DNA of 57,078 nucleotides, from contig CAYSVN010000001.1 of NCBI GenBank assembly GCA_964434585.1, forward strand, positions 1 to 57,078, read 5' to 3'. A model generated the notes under the pieces. That model searched no databases, was not told the DNA's origin, and saw only the letters and a list, made by a program, of their open reading frames with translations. Positions 20,432 through 31,408 of this stretch are shown one piece after another. This DNA is from an uncultured Candidatus Peribacteria bacterium (lineage in GTDB: Bacteria > Patescibacteriota > Gracilibacteria > Peribacterales > Peribacteraceae). Numbering within the stretch: position 1 is the stretch's first letter; the number at the start of each line of letters is the position of its first letter. A program made the position numbers and the translations under genes.

Positions 20432-21068
20432 TACTGAAAACCTATCTTCGGCAGAAATAAAACGCCTTCAAGAGGCTAGCGAGGTTTATAGAAGTCTTGA
20501 TAGCCGTGAACGTGAAATTCTTGATGCAATTGACAATAGCGTTACCCAGCGCGAGGAATTAGCAGTAAATCTTAAAGACAGACTTAATGGTGAATACCAT
20601 GATGAATTAATTGATCATTTAGCGATGATTCATGAGCAAAAAGAAGCTAAAAAGGAATATACTTCTTGGGGTTATGTTAAAGAAAAAGCAGGCCAAGCTG
20701 CTAAGTGGGCCTGGAAGCATAAATGGTGGATTGCCGGCTTAACAACTGCTGCCATTTTTGGTTATGGTTATTATAGATATGGTGATTTAATGGGAGGAAT
20801 TCAAGTTATGAAAAATATCGGCGGCGGTATTGCAAACATGTATGGCGCCGCAACCGAAAAAATTGGTGGTTTCCTTGGCGGCCTTAAAGAGCGCCTTGGT
20901 GGCCTTTGGGGAGGCGCTGAAGAAATTGCGCAAAAATTACCAGGAGTTCCTGAAATTCCAGGTGGAGTGCTTCCACCAGATGGAGTAATACCGGAAATTC
21001 CAAGTATTCCAGAAGTACCAGTCCCTACTGATGGACTTCCTAGCCTTGGAGACTTTGACGCAACTTAA
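20424..21068 (+). CDS. Hypothetical membrane protein with a Gly-rich and Pro-rich C-terminus
   Basis: Helical N-terminus, TM WWIAGLTTAAIFGYGYY, GG-repeats GGGIANMYGAATEKIGGFLGGLKERLGGLWGG, then PEIP repeats. Confidence 0.55.
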   Translation: MFDTENLSSAEIKRLQEASEVYRSLDSREREILDAIDNSVTQREELAVNLKDRLNGEYHDELIDHLAMIHEQKEAKKEYTSWGYVKEKAGQAAKWAWKHKWWIAGLTTAAIFGYGYYRYGDLMGGIQVMKNIGGGIANMYGAATEKIGGFLGGLKERLGGLWGGAEEIAQKLPGVPEIPGGVLPPDGVIPEIPSIPEVPVPTDGLPSLGDFDAT

Positions 21069-21098
21069 AATCGTTTTTAACACATACAAACTAACATT

Positions 21099-24000
21099 AT
21101 GGCCGATTCGGGAGAAATACCTCAGGACTACGATAGTCTAGAGCGAAAACAACCAACAGCTCCGGTAGTACAACCAGCAGGTGAGGCCGAGCTTCCTCAG
21201 CATGGTGATCTGCTAAGGCAATTGCAGCAAACAATTGAAGCAAAAAATGTTAAGCTTATTGACAAAGAATTATTTGAAGCCTTAGCTTTGTTGGCTGCCT
21301 ATAAAGAAGATTGGAAAGAAGTTGAAGAGCTTCTTAGAATTGATAATTTTCCATCACCTACAAACGAAGGGCGCAAGCAACCAAATTTTACAGTTGATAA
21401 TCGATCGCTTGTAGAATTACACAAAAAATTGCAGCAATTTTTACGCCTTGCACGCTACAAGCACTTAGGTCGTGATGTTGGGCCTGCCTATAACAAAAGA
21501 ACGTTAACCCAAATTCAGAACACAACACTTAAACGAGTTGCGCAATTTTTAGAAGCTAGAAATACATACGTAGAAAAATACTGTAATGCAGATGTATACA
21601 TTTTCAATGAGATGTTAAAAGGGTATTTAGATAATGAGGTTATTCAAAAAAATGCAAATGAAGAATTAAAGAAATTTTTAGTAACAAACTACACACTTGC
21701 ACAGGAGTTAGGTTTGCCTGATATACCGTCTAAATATATTAATGAAGATGTATTACAGCGAATAACAGAAAGAGATGTTCGTGTTATGAAAATTATAGAA
21801 AATTGCATGAGAATAGATAAGAATAAAGAAGGTGAAATTGAAGCTTTTGAAGTAGATAAAAATAAAATAAAACAGTATCTTGAGTCGTTACAACTTGAAG
21901 CTGACCAGCAACAAATTGATGCGTTGTTTTTTATTGTTAAGGTTTTAATTGATGAGGAGAATCATGAGCAGCTTTACCAGGTTTCAGACAGTCTACGTAT
22001 ACCATTTGAAGATATAACCATTACTCAAGCTGCACCTTATTTAAATGAAAAAATGGAAATACTTGATGAACATTTAGGTGGTGCGTTTGAGAAGATTCGT
22101 GGAGCGGTTTCGAAACCAGTACTTAAACGCTACATGGAAGATGGTATTTCATTGCCAAAACTACCAAAGCTTTCAGAATCATTTAAAAAACTTAAGTTCG
22201 AAAACTTGCCAGCAGATGTAAAACTAGAACTAACCAAAGACATAAGAGCAGCTCTAGAAAACAAGCTTAACGATAACATTCCAGATGGGTTTAATACAAT
22301 TGATGATGATAAGTTAGTTGCAGAGATTGGTAATGTTCTCAGCTATATGAAAGGAAATAATACAACATTACTTAGTACGACAGATAGAACTGTTGGAGAA
22401 GAGGAAAACAAGCGTACATTAGAAGGAAAACCAAGTAGTTTTTCTGCGCGTGAGTATTCGATTATGCAAGCTCTTAAAGAATATATTTCTTCGGAAGTTT
22501 CTAGTGAGGCAGTTATTAATTCACTCCTTATTTATAATCGAGACGAGACGGTGCAGAAAAAAATGGTAGAGACCATTACTGATATGCTTACAGATTCATC
22601 TGACTCTCTTTCGCATGATGAAGCATTACAACTTCTTTTCCGTTTAAAATTGTCAGAGAGAGGAACAGGAAAGCCTCAAAGTAGTCCACTTCTTTTAATG
22701 GAAGGTTTACGACTATTACAAAGTCAAGACAGTGTCCTTGTGGACGACCGTAAACAGGGGCAAATTACTATCCAGGCAGCTGGCGAAATTCATATTGCTC
22801 ATGAATTTATGATGATGATTGCAAGAACGGCAGCCTCTGGTAAATTAGAAATCCCCGATGGTATTGAGGTGAGCGATGAAATGATGGACTTCTTAACATA
22901 CCAGGTAGGCCTTGGTGTAGAGCAATACAAAGAAGAGGAAACCACATTATTAGAAACCATAAAAAAATATAAATTACCTATTGCACTTTTTGTTCTTATA
23001 GCTGGTGGAATTGTTTTGTTTAGACCTGGAAAACGAGCAACGGAATTTGCAATTCAGGTAAATCGGGCTAAAATGCAAAACTTTACCCGAGGGACGTTAG
23101 CAGAATTTAAAAAAGCATACCCTAAATTGGCGCAACAGTTTTCTGATGACGAGATAAAAGCTACCAGAAGAATTGCCCGTGAAGTACTGCATGACTATAA
23201 CCAGCTTGAAACTCTAAATTTTCAAAGAAGAGGGGCATTGATTCGTACATTTAACCGTATAAAACAACAACAGGCGTTTGACATGGTAGAGCTGGTAAAA
23301 ACGCTAAAAAATATTAGAAATCCGCGTAGTATTATTGAAAAAATGGCAAACAAAGCCTTTTTGATTACAGATTCTGACCCCGCTTTAGTTGCTAGACTAG
23401 TGAATAAAACAGTAGGCTCACGAGAAGAGCTTACAAGTATTATGAAGCAAGCAGGGTATGCTGATGAAGTTATTAAAGATGCTATTCATGAGCTTGGCGC
23501 AACGAACATTTCTCATTTTGAAAGGCAGGAAAAATTATTTGCAGAAGCCGAAGAATTAATGAAAAGAACTACTAATGTAAGCACTTTAGATGATGCTACG
23601 AGAGCTGCAGAGATCGAAAGTTTAAAGGCTGATTTTAAAAAGCTTTCTACCAATCTAGAGAATGCGGCTGCAGAGATAAATCCTGCGTTTAAAGAGAAGT
23701 TTATTAAGCATCTACAACAAGAGTATCCTCACTTACCTCAGGGGAGCATGTCATCAGTTGATGAAGTTGTTGAGGGAGCGATTAGTGCCGCTCCTCGAAT
23801 TACCCATATTGAACAATTATCTAATATAGATGCTTTTAAAAATCGCCTTACATATATCTTGGAGGAGCTTGATGAAATTAACGCTATGAAAACTGGGAAA
23901 ATTGCACGCCTAAGAGAGTTTAATAAAAATACTGTGCGACCTTTTATGAAAGAACTTGCTGTATTTGAAGTAGACCATCCAACTGTACGTCGAACACTAG

Positions 24001-25712
24001 CAAATCAAATTATGGGAGACGTTATAACAGATGCGGATTGGGATATTATTAAATCCGCCCATGCAGAAACAGACATTGTAAAGAAGTCTGCAAAACTAAA
24101 AGCTCTTGAGCACTCAGTTGCAGATTTACCGCTTAAAGATGAAGCGCGTATTACGAAGCGCAATAATATTAGAAAATTAATGCGCACAGGGATAACAGGG
24201 GAAGTTGCGTTAGATGCTATGATACAACCCAGTACCGTCGATGAGCTTGCAGATGTTCTTAAAGGTTTAAGCCCAAAACATTGGGCACCAAAAATTACTA
24301 CTTACCTTAAGCGTTATCCTGGTCAATTAAATAGTGTTGGCAACATGCTTGATGATACTAGCGTCGTTACTGCAGCTAAACAGGCCGATGGAGTGGCTGA
24401 GTTATCAAGAATCCGATCTGCAGCTGTGCAAACATCACAACTACTAAGGAGAGGGTTTGGTCATGCAATTACAAAAGGTCTCCCTGTCGCCGGGTTTATA
24501 CTTGAAGCTTTTTTAATTCGTAGTACATATAATCAATTGCAAGCCGCAGAGAAACAAGGTGATGGAGCACAAATAGAACTTTTAAAAAGCAAACTTGATA
24601 CTGATGTGCAGGCATTTTCAAGCGAGGTAGTTCTGAGTGGATTTATGTATAGAGCTTCTCAATTAGGACAGCTTGGAGTAAAAACAACAATAGTCGGTGC
24701 TCTAGCTTTAACGGCTGGTCATTTAACAAAAGATGCTCTTTATACTTACGCAGATGAGATAAATAATATGACATATGACCGCTATCGTTCAGAGCGACCA
24801 GACCAAAACCTTCAAACAATAAAAGGTGCTACATTTGCAGCGCTCGTTGACCCAGAAGGTGTACAAAAATATGCCGAGTCAGCTGCTCTAGATGCTTACA
24901 TCGAAAATCTAAACTTAGCGCAGCTCAATGAATTAGACATGCTCTATGGAAGGGAAACATTGGCCTTTAAATTAGCAAAAAGTGAGCATAAATCATACGA
25001 AGAAATATTGAATAGTCAAAACTTACCAAGAGTACTTAAAGAAGAAAAAGAAAGCTTTATAAAAAGAGCAATTGCTGAATTCGTGCAATATAGTGAAGGG
25101 AAAGATCTAGAATGGGGAGAGCGCCTTGAGCAAGCAGTGGCTTACGCAGAACTTAAGCACAAGGAACGTCGTTTAAAATCATTATATGGAGAGAAGGCCT
25201 GGCAGCAGTCTATTGATGGCATGCCTACGCTTCAGGGGGGATTAGATCAATACCCAGTAAAAACAATGACTCCTGACGAAGTATTAACCAATGGTGGTTA
25301 TAACACTCAACTACTTGAGGCTTATAAATATGATCAGGCGGTACAATGGCTTACGGAATTTGAACTTGAAGTTGCAAATTTAAAGACAATTGATAATCAA
25401 CAAGACAGAAGCTTTGCAGAAATAGGTGTCAAAGCGAGGCTATTTACACTGTTCGCTAATGTATTTTTTATACATGATTATCATGTATACCTTTCCAAGG
25501 CACCCAATGGAGAACGTCATATTTATAAGCAAGCAAGCTTTGGACCAGAAGCACATAGGCAATTTGAATCTTTTCTTAAAGAATTAAGTGGTAAAGAACA
25601 TATCGCAAATCGTGTTAAGGCTGTATTAAATTTACAAAATTCTCTGCGAGAAGCCTTTAATCCTGGCAACATAATACTACAAAAAGGTAAAAGTAATTAT
25701 TTTGGAGACTAA
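21099..25712 (+). CDS. Giant (1537 aa) orphan protein, predominantly helical, with about three hydrophobic segments
   Basis: Uninterrupted 4.6-kb ORF; hydrophobic PIALFVLIAGGIVLF, GLPVAGFILEAFLI and TTIVGALALTAGHL; no catalytic motif recognised. Confidence 0.7.
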   Translation: MADSGEIPQDYDSLERKQPTAPVVQPAGEAELPQHGDLLRQLQQTIEAKNVKLIDKELFEALALLAAYKEDWKEVEELLRIDNFPSPTNEGRKQPNFTVDNRSLVELHKKLQQFLRLARYKHLGRDVGPAYNKRTLTQIQNTTLKRVAQFLEARNTYVEKYCNADVYIFNEMLKGYLDNEVIQKNANEELKKFLVTNYTLAQELGLPDIPSKYINEDVLQRITERDVRVMKIIENCMRIDKNKEGEIEAFEVDKNKIKQYLESLQLEADQQQIDALFFIVKVLIDEENHEQLYQVSDSLRIPFEDITITQAAPYLNEKMEILDEHLGGAFEKIRGAVSKPVLKRYMEDGISLPKLPKLSESFKKLKFENLPADVKLELTKDIRAALENKLNDNIPDGFNTIDDDKLVAEIGNVLSYMKGNNTTLLSTTDRTVGEEENKRTLEGKPSSFSAREYSIMQALKEYISSEVSSEAVINSLLIYNRDETVQKKMVETITDMLTDSSDSLSHDEALQLLFRLKLSERGTGKPQSSPLLLMEGLRLLQSQDSVLVDDRKQGQITIQAAGEIHIAHEFMMMIARTAASGKLEIPDGIEVSDEMMDFLTYQVGLGVEQYKEEETTLLETIKKYKLPIALFVLIAGGIVLFRPGKRATEFAIQVNRAKMQNFTRGTLAEFKKAYPKLAQQFSDDEIKATRRIAREVLHDYNQLETLNFQRRGALIRTFNRIKQQQAFDMVELVKTLKNIRNPRSIIEKMANKAFLITDSDPALVARLVNKTVGSREELTSIMKQAGYADEVIKDAIHELGATNISHFERQEKLFAEAEELMKRTTNVSTLDDATRAAEIESLKADFKKLSTNLENAAAEINPAFKEKFIKHLQQEYPHLPQGSMSSVDEVVEGAISAAPRITHIEQLSNIDAFKNRLTYILEELDEINAMKTGKIARLREFNKNTVRPFMKELAVFEVDHPTVRRTLANQIMGDVITDADWDIIKSAHAETDIVKKSAKLKALEHSVADLPLKDEARITKRNNIRKLMRTGITGEVALDAMIQPSTVDELADVLKGLSPKHWAPKITTYLKRYPGQLNSVGNMLDDTSVVTAAKQADGVAELSRIRSAAVQTSQLLRRGFGHAITKGLPVAGFILEAFLIRSTYNQLQAAEKQGDGAQIELLKSKLDTDVQAFSSEVVLSGFMYRASQLGQLGVKTTIVGALALTAGHLTKDALYTYADEINNMTYDRYRSERPDQNLQTIKGATFAALVDPEGVQKYAESAALDAYIENLNLAQLNELDMLYGRETLAFKLAKSEHKSYEEILNSQNLPRVLKEEKESFIKRAIAEFVQYSEGKDLEWGERLEQAVAYAELKHKERRLKSLYGEKAWQQSIDGMPTLQGGLDQYPVKTMTPDEVLTNGGYNTQLLEAYKYDQAVQWLTEFELEVANLKTIDNQQDRSFAEIGVKARLFTLFANVFFIHDYHVYLSKAPNGERHIYKQASFGPEAHRQFESFLKELSGKEHIANRVKAVLNLQNSLREAFNPGNIILQKGKSNYFGD

Positions 25713-25782
25713 GAATCTTTGTAAATATTTCAGAAATAGTTTTTCTTGAACACATTTTAGCGACGTAACCACAAATTTAACG

Positions 25783-25811
25783 TTGACTGGCTATGCAAGT
25801 ATCTTTAAAGT
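25783..25811 (+). promoter_or_regulatory. Candidate sigma70 promoter of the r-protein operon
   Basis: TTGACT - 17 nt - TAAAGT, about 80 nt upstream of rplC. Confidence 0.4.
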
Positions 25812-25890
25812 ACCTCCACTTTGAATGATTTTGAGCGAATAAAACCGTACTCCTTATCACTCATTTGTCTCTACTTATTGCCCCTTTCCG

Positions 25891-26487
25891 ATGTCAGGAC
25901 TTATCGCTACTAAACTCGGCATGTCTCGTATCTTCTCTGAAGAGGGAAAAGCTACACCTGTAACTTACCTTCAGGTAGAGCCAAATATGACCGTACGTCT
26001 TAAGACAGAAGAAAAAGATGGCTACAACGCTATTGTTCTTGGTTGTAATGCAAAGACACGTAAGCACCGTAACGGTAATGAAGTTACTAAGTACCGCACA
26101 CAACGTGAATGGAAAGTAGAAAGCCTAGAAGGATGTAAAGCTGGTAACATGATGGACGTAACCGCCATTCCAGATGAAGCAAAAGTAACCGTAACCGGAA
26201 TTTCAAAGGGTCGTGGTTTCCAGGGTGTTATTAAACGTCACGGTTTCTCTCGTGGTCCTGAAACTCATGGTTCTCACCACCACCGTCGCCCAGGTTCTGT
26301 AGGTATGTGTGAATTTCCTGGTCGTGTATTAAAAGGAAAGAAAATGCCAGGACATATGGGTAACGTACAAGTAACATTGCAACACCGCCCAGTAATGCTT
26401 GTTGATAAAGAAAAAAATATTTTTGCCGTTAAAGGCGCAGTACCAGGACCAAATGGTCGTACTGTATTCGTTACCATTGAAGACTAA
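25891..26487 (+). CDS. rplC: 50S ribosomal protein L3
   Basis: GLIATKLGMSRIF...GISKGRGFQGVIKRHGF. Confidence 0.95.
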   Translation: MSGLIATKLGMSRIFSEEGKATPVTYLQVEPNMTVRLKTEEKDGYNAIVLGCNAKTRKHRNGNEVTKYRTQREWKVESLEGCKAGNMMDVTAIPDEAKVTVTGISKGRGFQGVIKRHGFSRGPETHGSHHHRRPGSVGMCEFPGRVLKGKKMPGHMGNVQVTLQHRPVMLVDKEKNIFAVKGAVPGPNGRTVFVTIED

Positions 26488-27116
26488 TGAAAGTTGATAT
26501 GTATACAGCAACCGGCACAAAGAAAGGTTCTATGGACTTGCCTGCTGCTATGTTCGATGTAGAAATTAATGAAGGCCTAATGCACCAAGCATTAGTACGT
26601 CAACAATCAAACCGTCGCCAAGCAATTGCACACAGCAAAAGCCGTGGCGAAGTAAGTGGTTCGACTCGTAAGCTTTACAAGCAAAAAGGAACAGGTAACG
26701 CTCGTCGTGGTCAAATCCGCTCAAGTGTCGTTCGTGGTGGTCACAAAGCTTTTGGTCCACGCAATAACGCAAACTACATTAAAGACATGCCAAAGAAAAT
26801 GCGTCGTAATGCACTTAAAAGCTGCCTTAGTTACCAAGCAAAAGCTGGTAAAATTCTTGGCCTAGAAGGTTACACAGATACTATTTCTACAAAAGCATTC
26901 CACCAACTACTAGAAAAACTTCCAGTAGATATTGGTCGTCACATTTTATTTGTACTTCCAGAAGAACATAGAGCTCTTAAGCTTTCTGCTGCAAATGTTG
27001 AAAATGTAAAATCTGTACACGTACAATATTTAAATCCAGAAGATATTTTAAAAGCTCGTCACCTTATTTTTGTAGGAGACGCTGCTAAAAAATCTGCCGA
27101 CATCTTTGCATCATGA
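26487..27116 (+). CDS. rplD: 50S ribosomal protein L4
   Basis: QKGTGNARRGQIRSSVVRGGHKAFGP. Confidence 0.95.
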   Translation: MKVDMYTATGTKKGSMDLPAAMFDVEINEGLMHQALVRQQSNRRQAIAHSKSRGEVSGSTRKLYKQKGTGNARRGQIRSSVVRGGHKAFGPRNNANYIKDMPKKMRRNALKSCLSYQAKAGKILGLEGYTDTISTKAFHQLLEKLPVDIGRHILFVLPEEHRALKLSAANVENVKSVHVQYLNPEDILKARHLIFVGDAAKKSADIFAS

Positions 27117-27418
27117 TTACCAATAAACGTATTATCATCGGCCAAGTTACCACTGAAAAAAGTGAAGCCCTTAAAAAAAATACTAATCCAGTATTTACAT
27201 TAAAGGTTCACCCTAAAGCAACAAAAGTAGATGTAAAACGTGAACTTAAACAACGTTATGACCTAGAACCAACTTCTGTTCGCATGACTAAAATTGTTAA
27301 AAAAACTCGTGTTGCAGGCCGTGGAAAAGAAATTAACAAACGTAACGCTGGTAAAAAAGCCGTTATTACCCTAAATCCTGGTGAAAAATTAGATCTTACC
27401 GCTGTTAAAAAACGATGA
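27113..27418 (+). CDS. rplW: 50S ribosomal protein L23
   Basis: Position and VTTEKSEAL...FTLKVHPKATKVDVKRELK. Confidence 0.9.
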   Translation: MITNKRIIIGQVTTEKSEALKKNTNPVFTLKVHPKATKVDVKRELKQRYDLEPTSVRMTKIVKKTRVAGRGKEINKRNAGKKAVITLNPGEKLDLTAVKKR

Positions 27419-28257
27419 TTAAAACTTTAAAACCAACTACACCGGCTCGTCGACAAATGACTATTGCAGATTTCTCTAATCTGTCAAAAGTAAAACCTGA
27501 AAAGCGTCTTACAAAAGGTAAAAAACGTATTTCTGGACGTGGAAACAATGGTCGGCTAACTGTTCGTCACCGTGGTGGGGGACACAAGCGTCGCTACCGT
27601 ATGATTGATTTTAAGCGTACTGATAAAATGGGTGTACCAGGTAAAGTTGCCACTCTAGAATACGATCCAAACCGAACTTCTCGTATTGCACTTGTGCACT
27701 ATGCTGATGGTGATAAGCGTTATATTGTTGCTGCAAAAGGAATGAAAGTAGACGATACAGTTGTTTGTAGCGAACGTACAAAGGTAAAAATTGGTAATCG
27801 TATGCAGTTGGAATTCATTCCAATGGGTTACAAAATTTACAACCTAGAACTAAAACCAAATAAAGGTGGATGTATTGTGCGTAGCGCAGGTACTTCTGCA
27901 ACCCTCGTTGGTTTCGATGACCGTTATGCAATTGTGCAACTACCAAGTGGTGAAATGCGCCGTATTCTTAAAGAGTGTTACGCAACTGTTGGTACCGTTG
28001 GAAATGAGGACCACAGCCTTATCACCATTGGTAAAGCAGGTCGTATGCGCTGGATGGGACGTCGTCCTCAAGTTCTTGGTAAATCAATGAACGCTGTAGA
28101 CCACCCACATGGTGGTGGTGAAGGACACAGTCCAATTGGTATGAAAGCACCAAAAACAAAATGGGGTAAAAAAGCCCTTGGTGTTAAATCTCGTTCACTT
28201 AAAAAATATTCTGACCCCCTTATTATTCGTCGACGTACTAAAAAGCGTCGTAAGTAG
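27415..28257 (+). CDS. rplB: 50S ribosomal protein L2
   Basis: [32 protein letters not shown]. Confidence 0.97.
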   Translation: MIKTLKPTTPARRQMTIADFSNLSKVKPEKRLTKGKKRISGRGNNGRLTVRHRGGGHKRRYRMIDFKRTDKMGVPGKVATLEYDPNRTSRIALVHYADGDKRYIVAAKGMKVDDTVVCSERTKVKIGNRMQLEFIPMGYKIYNLELKPNKGGCIVRSAGTSATLVGFDDRYAIVQLPSGEMRRILKECYATVGTVGNEDHSLITIGKAGRMRWMGRRPQVLGKSMNAVDHPHGGGEGHSPIGMKAPKTKWGKKALGVKSRSLKKYSDPLIIRRRTKKRRK

Positions 28258-28268
28258 TAACCTCTCTT

Positions 28269-28538
28269 ATGTCTAGATCTCTAAAAAAAGGCCCATTCGT
28301 AGACCCAAAGCTACTCAAAAAAGTCATGAAAATGATTGAAGCTGGTGATAAAAAAATCATCAAAACTTGGGCGCGTCGTAGTGATATTCCACCTGAATTT
28401 GTAGGATTCACCTTCGCAGTCCATAACGGTAGAGAATTTCTACCAGTCTACGTTACCGAGCAAATGGTGGGTCATAAACTTGGTGAATTCTCTTGGACTC
28501 ATAAATTTAAAGGCCACGGTGGTAAATTGGCCAAATAA
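28269..28538 (+). CDS. rpsS: 30S ribosomal protein S19
   Basis: [12 protein letters not shown]...FAVHNGREF. Confidence 0.97.
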   Translation: MSRSLKKGPFVDPKLLKKVMKMIEAGDKKIIKTWARRSDIPPEFVGFTFAVHNGREFLPVYVTEQMVGHKLGEFSWTHKFKGHGGKLAK

Positions 28539-28549
28539 CCTCTCTTATT

Positions 28550-28876
28550 ATGTTTGCATCTCTACGTTCTGTCCGCATCGCGCCTAAAAAAGCCAACCTC
28601 ATTGCTGAGATTGTGCGCGGTAAAACTGTGCGCGAAGCGCTTGCAGATTTAGAACTTGTTAATAAAAAAGGTGCTCGTATTCTACACGGCCTTATTAAGT
28701 CTGCTGCAGCGAATGCAACCAATAACGAAAAACAAAATGTCGATGATCTTTACATTAAAGAATTAATCGTTAATAAAGCACAAAATATGAGTCGCGGTAT
28801 TCCAATGGCTCGTGGACGTATGCGTCGTATTCGCAAATTTTTTAGTCACATTTCTGTACGCTTCGGCGTTAAATAA
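28550..28876 (+). CDS. rplV: 50S ribosomal protein L22
   Basis: VRIAPKKANLIAEIVRGKTVREAL. Confidence 0.93.
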   Translation: MFASLRSVRIAPKKANLIAEIVRGKTVREALADLELVNKKGARILHGLIKSAAANATNNEKQNVDDLYIKELIVNKAQNMSRGIPMARGRMRRIRKFFSHISVRFGVK

Positions 28877-28881
28877 ATCTT

Positions 28882-29544
28882 ATGGGTCAAAAAGTAAATC
28901 CTAACGGCTTCCGTATTGGAATCACCAACACCTGGTCGAGCTCTTGGTTCGCCTCTGGTAAAAAATTCCAACAATTCTTTTTACAAGATGTAAAAATTCG
29001 TCGTTATATCCGTGAGCGTTTACCAGATGCTGGTATCTCTAAAATTGCTATCGACCGTAGTAAAAATGTTTCTGTTACTATTCATAGTGCAAAGCCTGGT
29101 GTGATTATTGGTAAGCAAGGAGCTTCAATTGAACTCCTTAAAGGTGATCTTAATAAAAAATTCCCAGGTAACTTTGATGTTAATATTCAAGAAGTACGTA
29201 ACCCAGATGGTGATGCAGAAGTAATTGCAGAACTAATTCAAGGACAGCTGCAACGCCGTATGCCGTTTAGGCGTGCTGCTAAAATGGCTATTGAAAAAGC
29301 AATGCAATCTGGAGTAACTGGAATCAAAGTAACGATTGCTGGTCGTCTTAACGGAGCAGAAATTGCTCGTAGCGAACAGTTTAAAGATGGTAATATTCCA
29401 CTTCAAACTCTTCGTGCAGATGTAACCATGGCACGTCGTACTGCTCAAACTACTTATGGTAGCCTTGGTATTAAAGTTTGGATTTACAATGGTCTTGTCT
29501 TTAAGAAAATTCAACAAGTACAAAGTTCTTCTCTCCACTCTTAA
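28882..29544 (+). CDS. rpsC: 30S ribosomal protein S3
   Basis: [13 protein letters not shown]...[10 protein letters not shown] (KH domain). Confidence 0.97.
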   Translation: MGQKVNPNGFRIGITNTWSSSWFASGKKFQQFFLQDVKIRRYIRERLPDAGISKIAIDRSKNVSVTIHSAKPGVIIGKQGASIELLKGDLNKKFPGNFDVNIQEVRNPDGDAEVIAELIQGQLQRRMPFRRAAKMAIEKAMQSGVTGIKVTIAGRLNGAEIARSEQFKDGNIPLQTLRADVTMARRTAQTTYGSLGIKVWIYNGLVFKKIQQVQSSSLHS

Positions 29545-29546
29545 TC

Positions 29547-29975
29547 ATGTTAGAACCTAAAAAAAGAAAATTTCGGAAAAACTTTAGACTACGAGGCGCC
29601 TTCAAGCGCAAGAAAGCAACTAAAGGACACACACTTGCCTTTGGTTCAATTGGTCTTAAAGCTATCTCAGGTGGAGAATTAACATCTCGTCAAATTGAAT
29701 CTGCTCGTCGCGCAATGACTCGTAGTGTAGCTCGTAGTGGTAAAATTTGGATTCGTCCTTTCCCACACATTCCTGTTACTAAGAAAGCTGCTGAAGTACC
29801 GATGGGATCTGGTAAAGGTGCTATTGAATACTACTGTGCTATTATTCGTCCAGGAACAATGTTATTTGAAATGGCTGGACTAGACCATCAATCTGCACGC
29901 GAAGCTCTTCGCCTTGCAAGTCACAAACTTCCTTTTAAAACTAAGATTATTGAACGTATTTCCCACACCGCTTAA
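29547..29975 (+). CDS. rplP: 50S ribosomal protein L16
   Basis: [13 protein letters not shown]...[14 protein letters not shown]. Confidence 0.95.
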   Translation: MLEPKKRKFRKNFRLRGAFKRKKATKGHTLAFGSIGLKAISGGELTSRQIESARRAMTRSVARSGKIWIRPFPHIPVTKKAAEVPMGSGKGAIEYYCAIIRPGTMLFEMAGLDHQSAREALRLASHKLPFKTKIIERISHTA

Positions 29976-29977
29976 TT

Positions 29978-30190
29978 ATGGCTAAACAATTAAAAGATTG
30001 GCGCGCAATGGACATAGCTTCATTAATAGAAGAAGTTACAAAACTTCGCGACCAACTAACAACTATTAAATTAAATATTGATCTTGGAAAAGAGAAAGAT
30101 ACCGCTAAACGAAAGCGTTTACGACGTCATCTCGCCCAAGTGAATACTATATTGAGTCATAAACAACAAGAACTGGCGCTTTCTGCTTGA
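29978..30190 (+). CDS. rpmC: 50S ribosomal protein L29
   Basis: Position and size; helical LIEEVTKLRDQL. Confidence 0.85.
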   Translation: MAKQLKDWRAMDIASLIEEVTKLRDQLTTIKLNIDLGKEKDTAKRKRLRRHLAQVNTILSHKQQELALSA

Positions 30191-30247
30191 TATCAGAACT
30201 AAGCTCCACTAAACTCTCCTCCCTTACTTCCTTTTTATTTCCTTATT

Positions 30248-30493
30248 ATGCGCACCAAGCGCGGAATTATTACATCGGCAAAAATGCAAGATACCGTTAC
30301 GGTAACTGTAGATACATCTAAATTGCATAAGCTTTATAAAAAACGTTATAAGCAAAGTAAAAACTTTCTAGCCGACAGTAAAGGGTTCGAAGGTCTTAAA
30401 GAAGGAGATGAAGTAGAAATTACAGAATGTAAACCACTTTCAAAAAGAAAACGATTCAAAGTAACAGAGCTTATTACCGTAGCTAACTCATGA
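30248..30493 (+). CDS. rpsQ: 30S ribosomal protein S17
   Basis: [16 protein letters not shown]...[18 protein letters not shown]. Confidence 0.93.
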   Translation: MRTKRGIITSAKMQDTVTVTVDTSKLHKLYKKRYKQSKNFLADSKGFEGLKEGDEVEITECKPLSKRKRFKVTELITVANS

Positions 30494-30858
30494 TCCAATC
30501 TCAAACCATCCTTAATGTGGCAGATAATACAGGCGCGAAAAGCGTAATGTGTATCGTTGTACTTGGCGGCTCAAAACGTCGTTATGCTCGAGTTGGTGAT
30601 ATTATCACTGTAGCTGTTAAGTCAGCTGCTCCTCGTGGTAATGTTAAGCGTAAGTCAGTAGAAAAAGCAGTAGTAGTTCGTACAAAAACTGCCACTAAGC
30701 GTACTGACGGTAGTGCTATTCGTTTTGATGACAACGCATGCGTGCTAATTGACGCCTCTGGTCAACCAAAAGGCACTCGTGTTTTTGGACCAGTAGCTCG
30801 TGAATTACGTGGACGTGGTTACCAAAAAATTATTTCTCTTGCCCCTGATGTATTATGA
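30490..30858 (+). CDS. rplN: 50S ribosomal protein L14
   Basis: [17 protein letters not shown]. Confidence 0.97.
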   Translation: MIQSQTILNVADNTGAKSVMCIVVLGGSKRRYARVGDIITVAVKSAAPRGNVKRKSVEKAVVVRTKTATKRTDGSAIRFDDNACVLIDASGQPKGTRVFGPVARELRGRGYQKIISLAPDVL

Positions 30859-31406
30859 AGATAAGAGCAGGCGATAGCGTCGTAGTTACCACTGGCAAAG
30901 ACAAAGGAAAGACAGGACAAATTTTAAAAGTATTACCTTTAAAAGACCGTGTAGTTGTAGCTGGTATTAATATGCGTAAGCGTCATATGCCTAAGCGTGC
31001 AAACCAAGCAGGTCAAATCATTACCTACGAAGCAAGCATTCATAGTAGTAATGTTATGATCATTGATCCTAAAACAAAAAAACCTTCACGTATTGGTACA
31101 AAAATTGATGACAAAGGTCGTCGTCAACGTATTGCGAAAAAGAGTGGAACAGTTCTTACAAACTCTAAGCCAAAAGCTGCAACAACAGAGGTAAAAAATG
31201 CAGATAGTGAAAGTAAAGAAAAGAAAGGAGCAGCAAAAGCAAAGACAACAACAGCAGCTAAAAAAACAACAACAAAAAAAACTGCACCAAAATCTAAAGA
31301 AAAAACTACCGCTGAGACATCTGCAAGTAAACCAGATGCAAAACCATTCTGGAAACGCATTGGTGGCTTTGGAAGCAGCGAAACTGACGAAGATTCCTCT
31401 GAATAA
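30855..31406 (+). CDS. rplX: 50S ribosomal protein L24 with a ~80-aa K/T/A-rich C-terminal extension
   Basis: [25 protein letters not shown] (KOW) followed by a low-complexity tail. Confidence 0.92.
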   Translation: MKIRAGDSVVVTTGKDKGKTGQILKVLPLKDRVVVAGINMRKRHMPKRANQAGQIITYEASIHSSNVMIIDPKTKKPSRIGTKIDDKGRRQRIAKKSGTVLTNSKPKAATTEVKNADSESKEKKGAAKAKTTTAAKKTTTKKTAPKSKEKTTAETSASKPDAKPFWKRIGGFGSSETDEDSSE

Positions 31407-31408
31407 TC

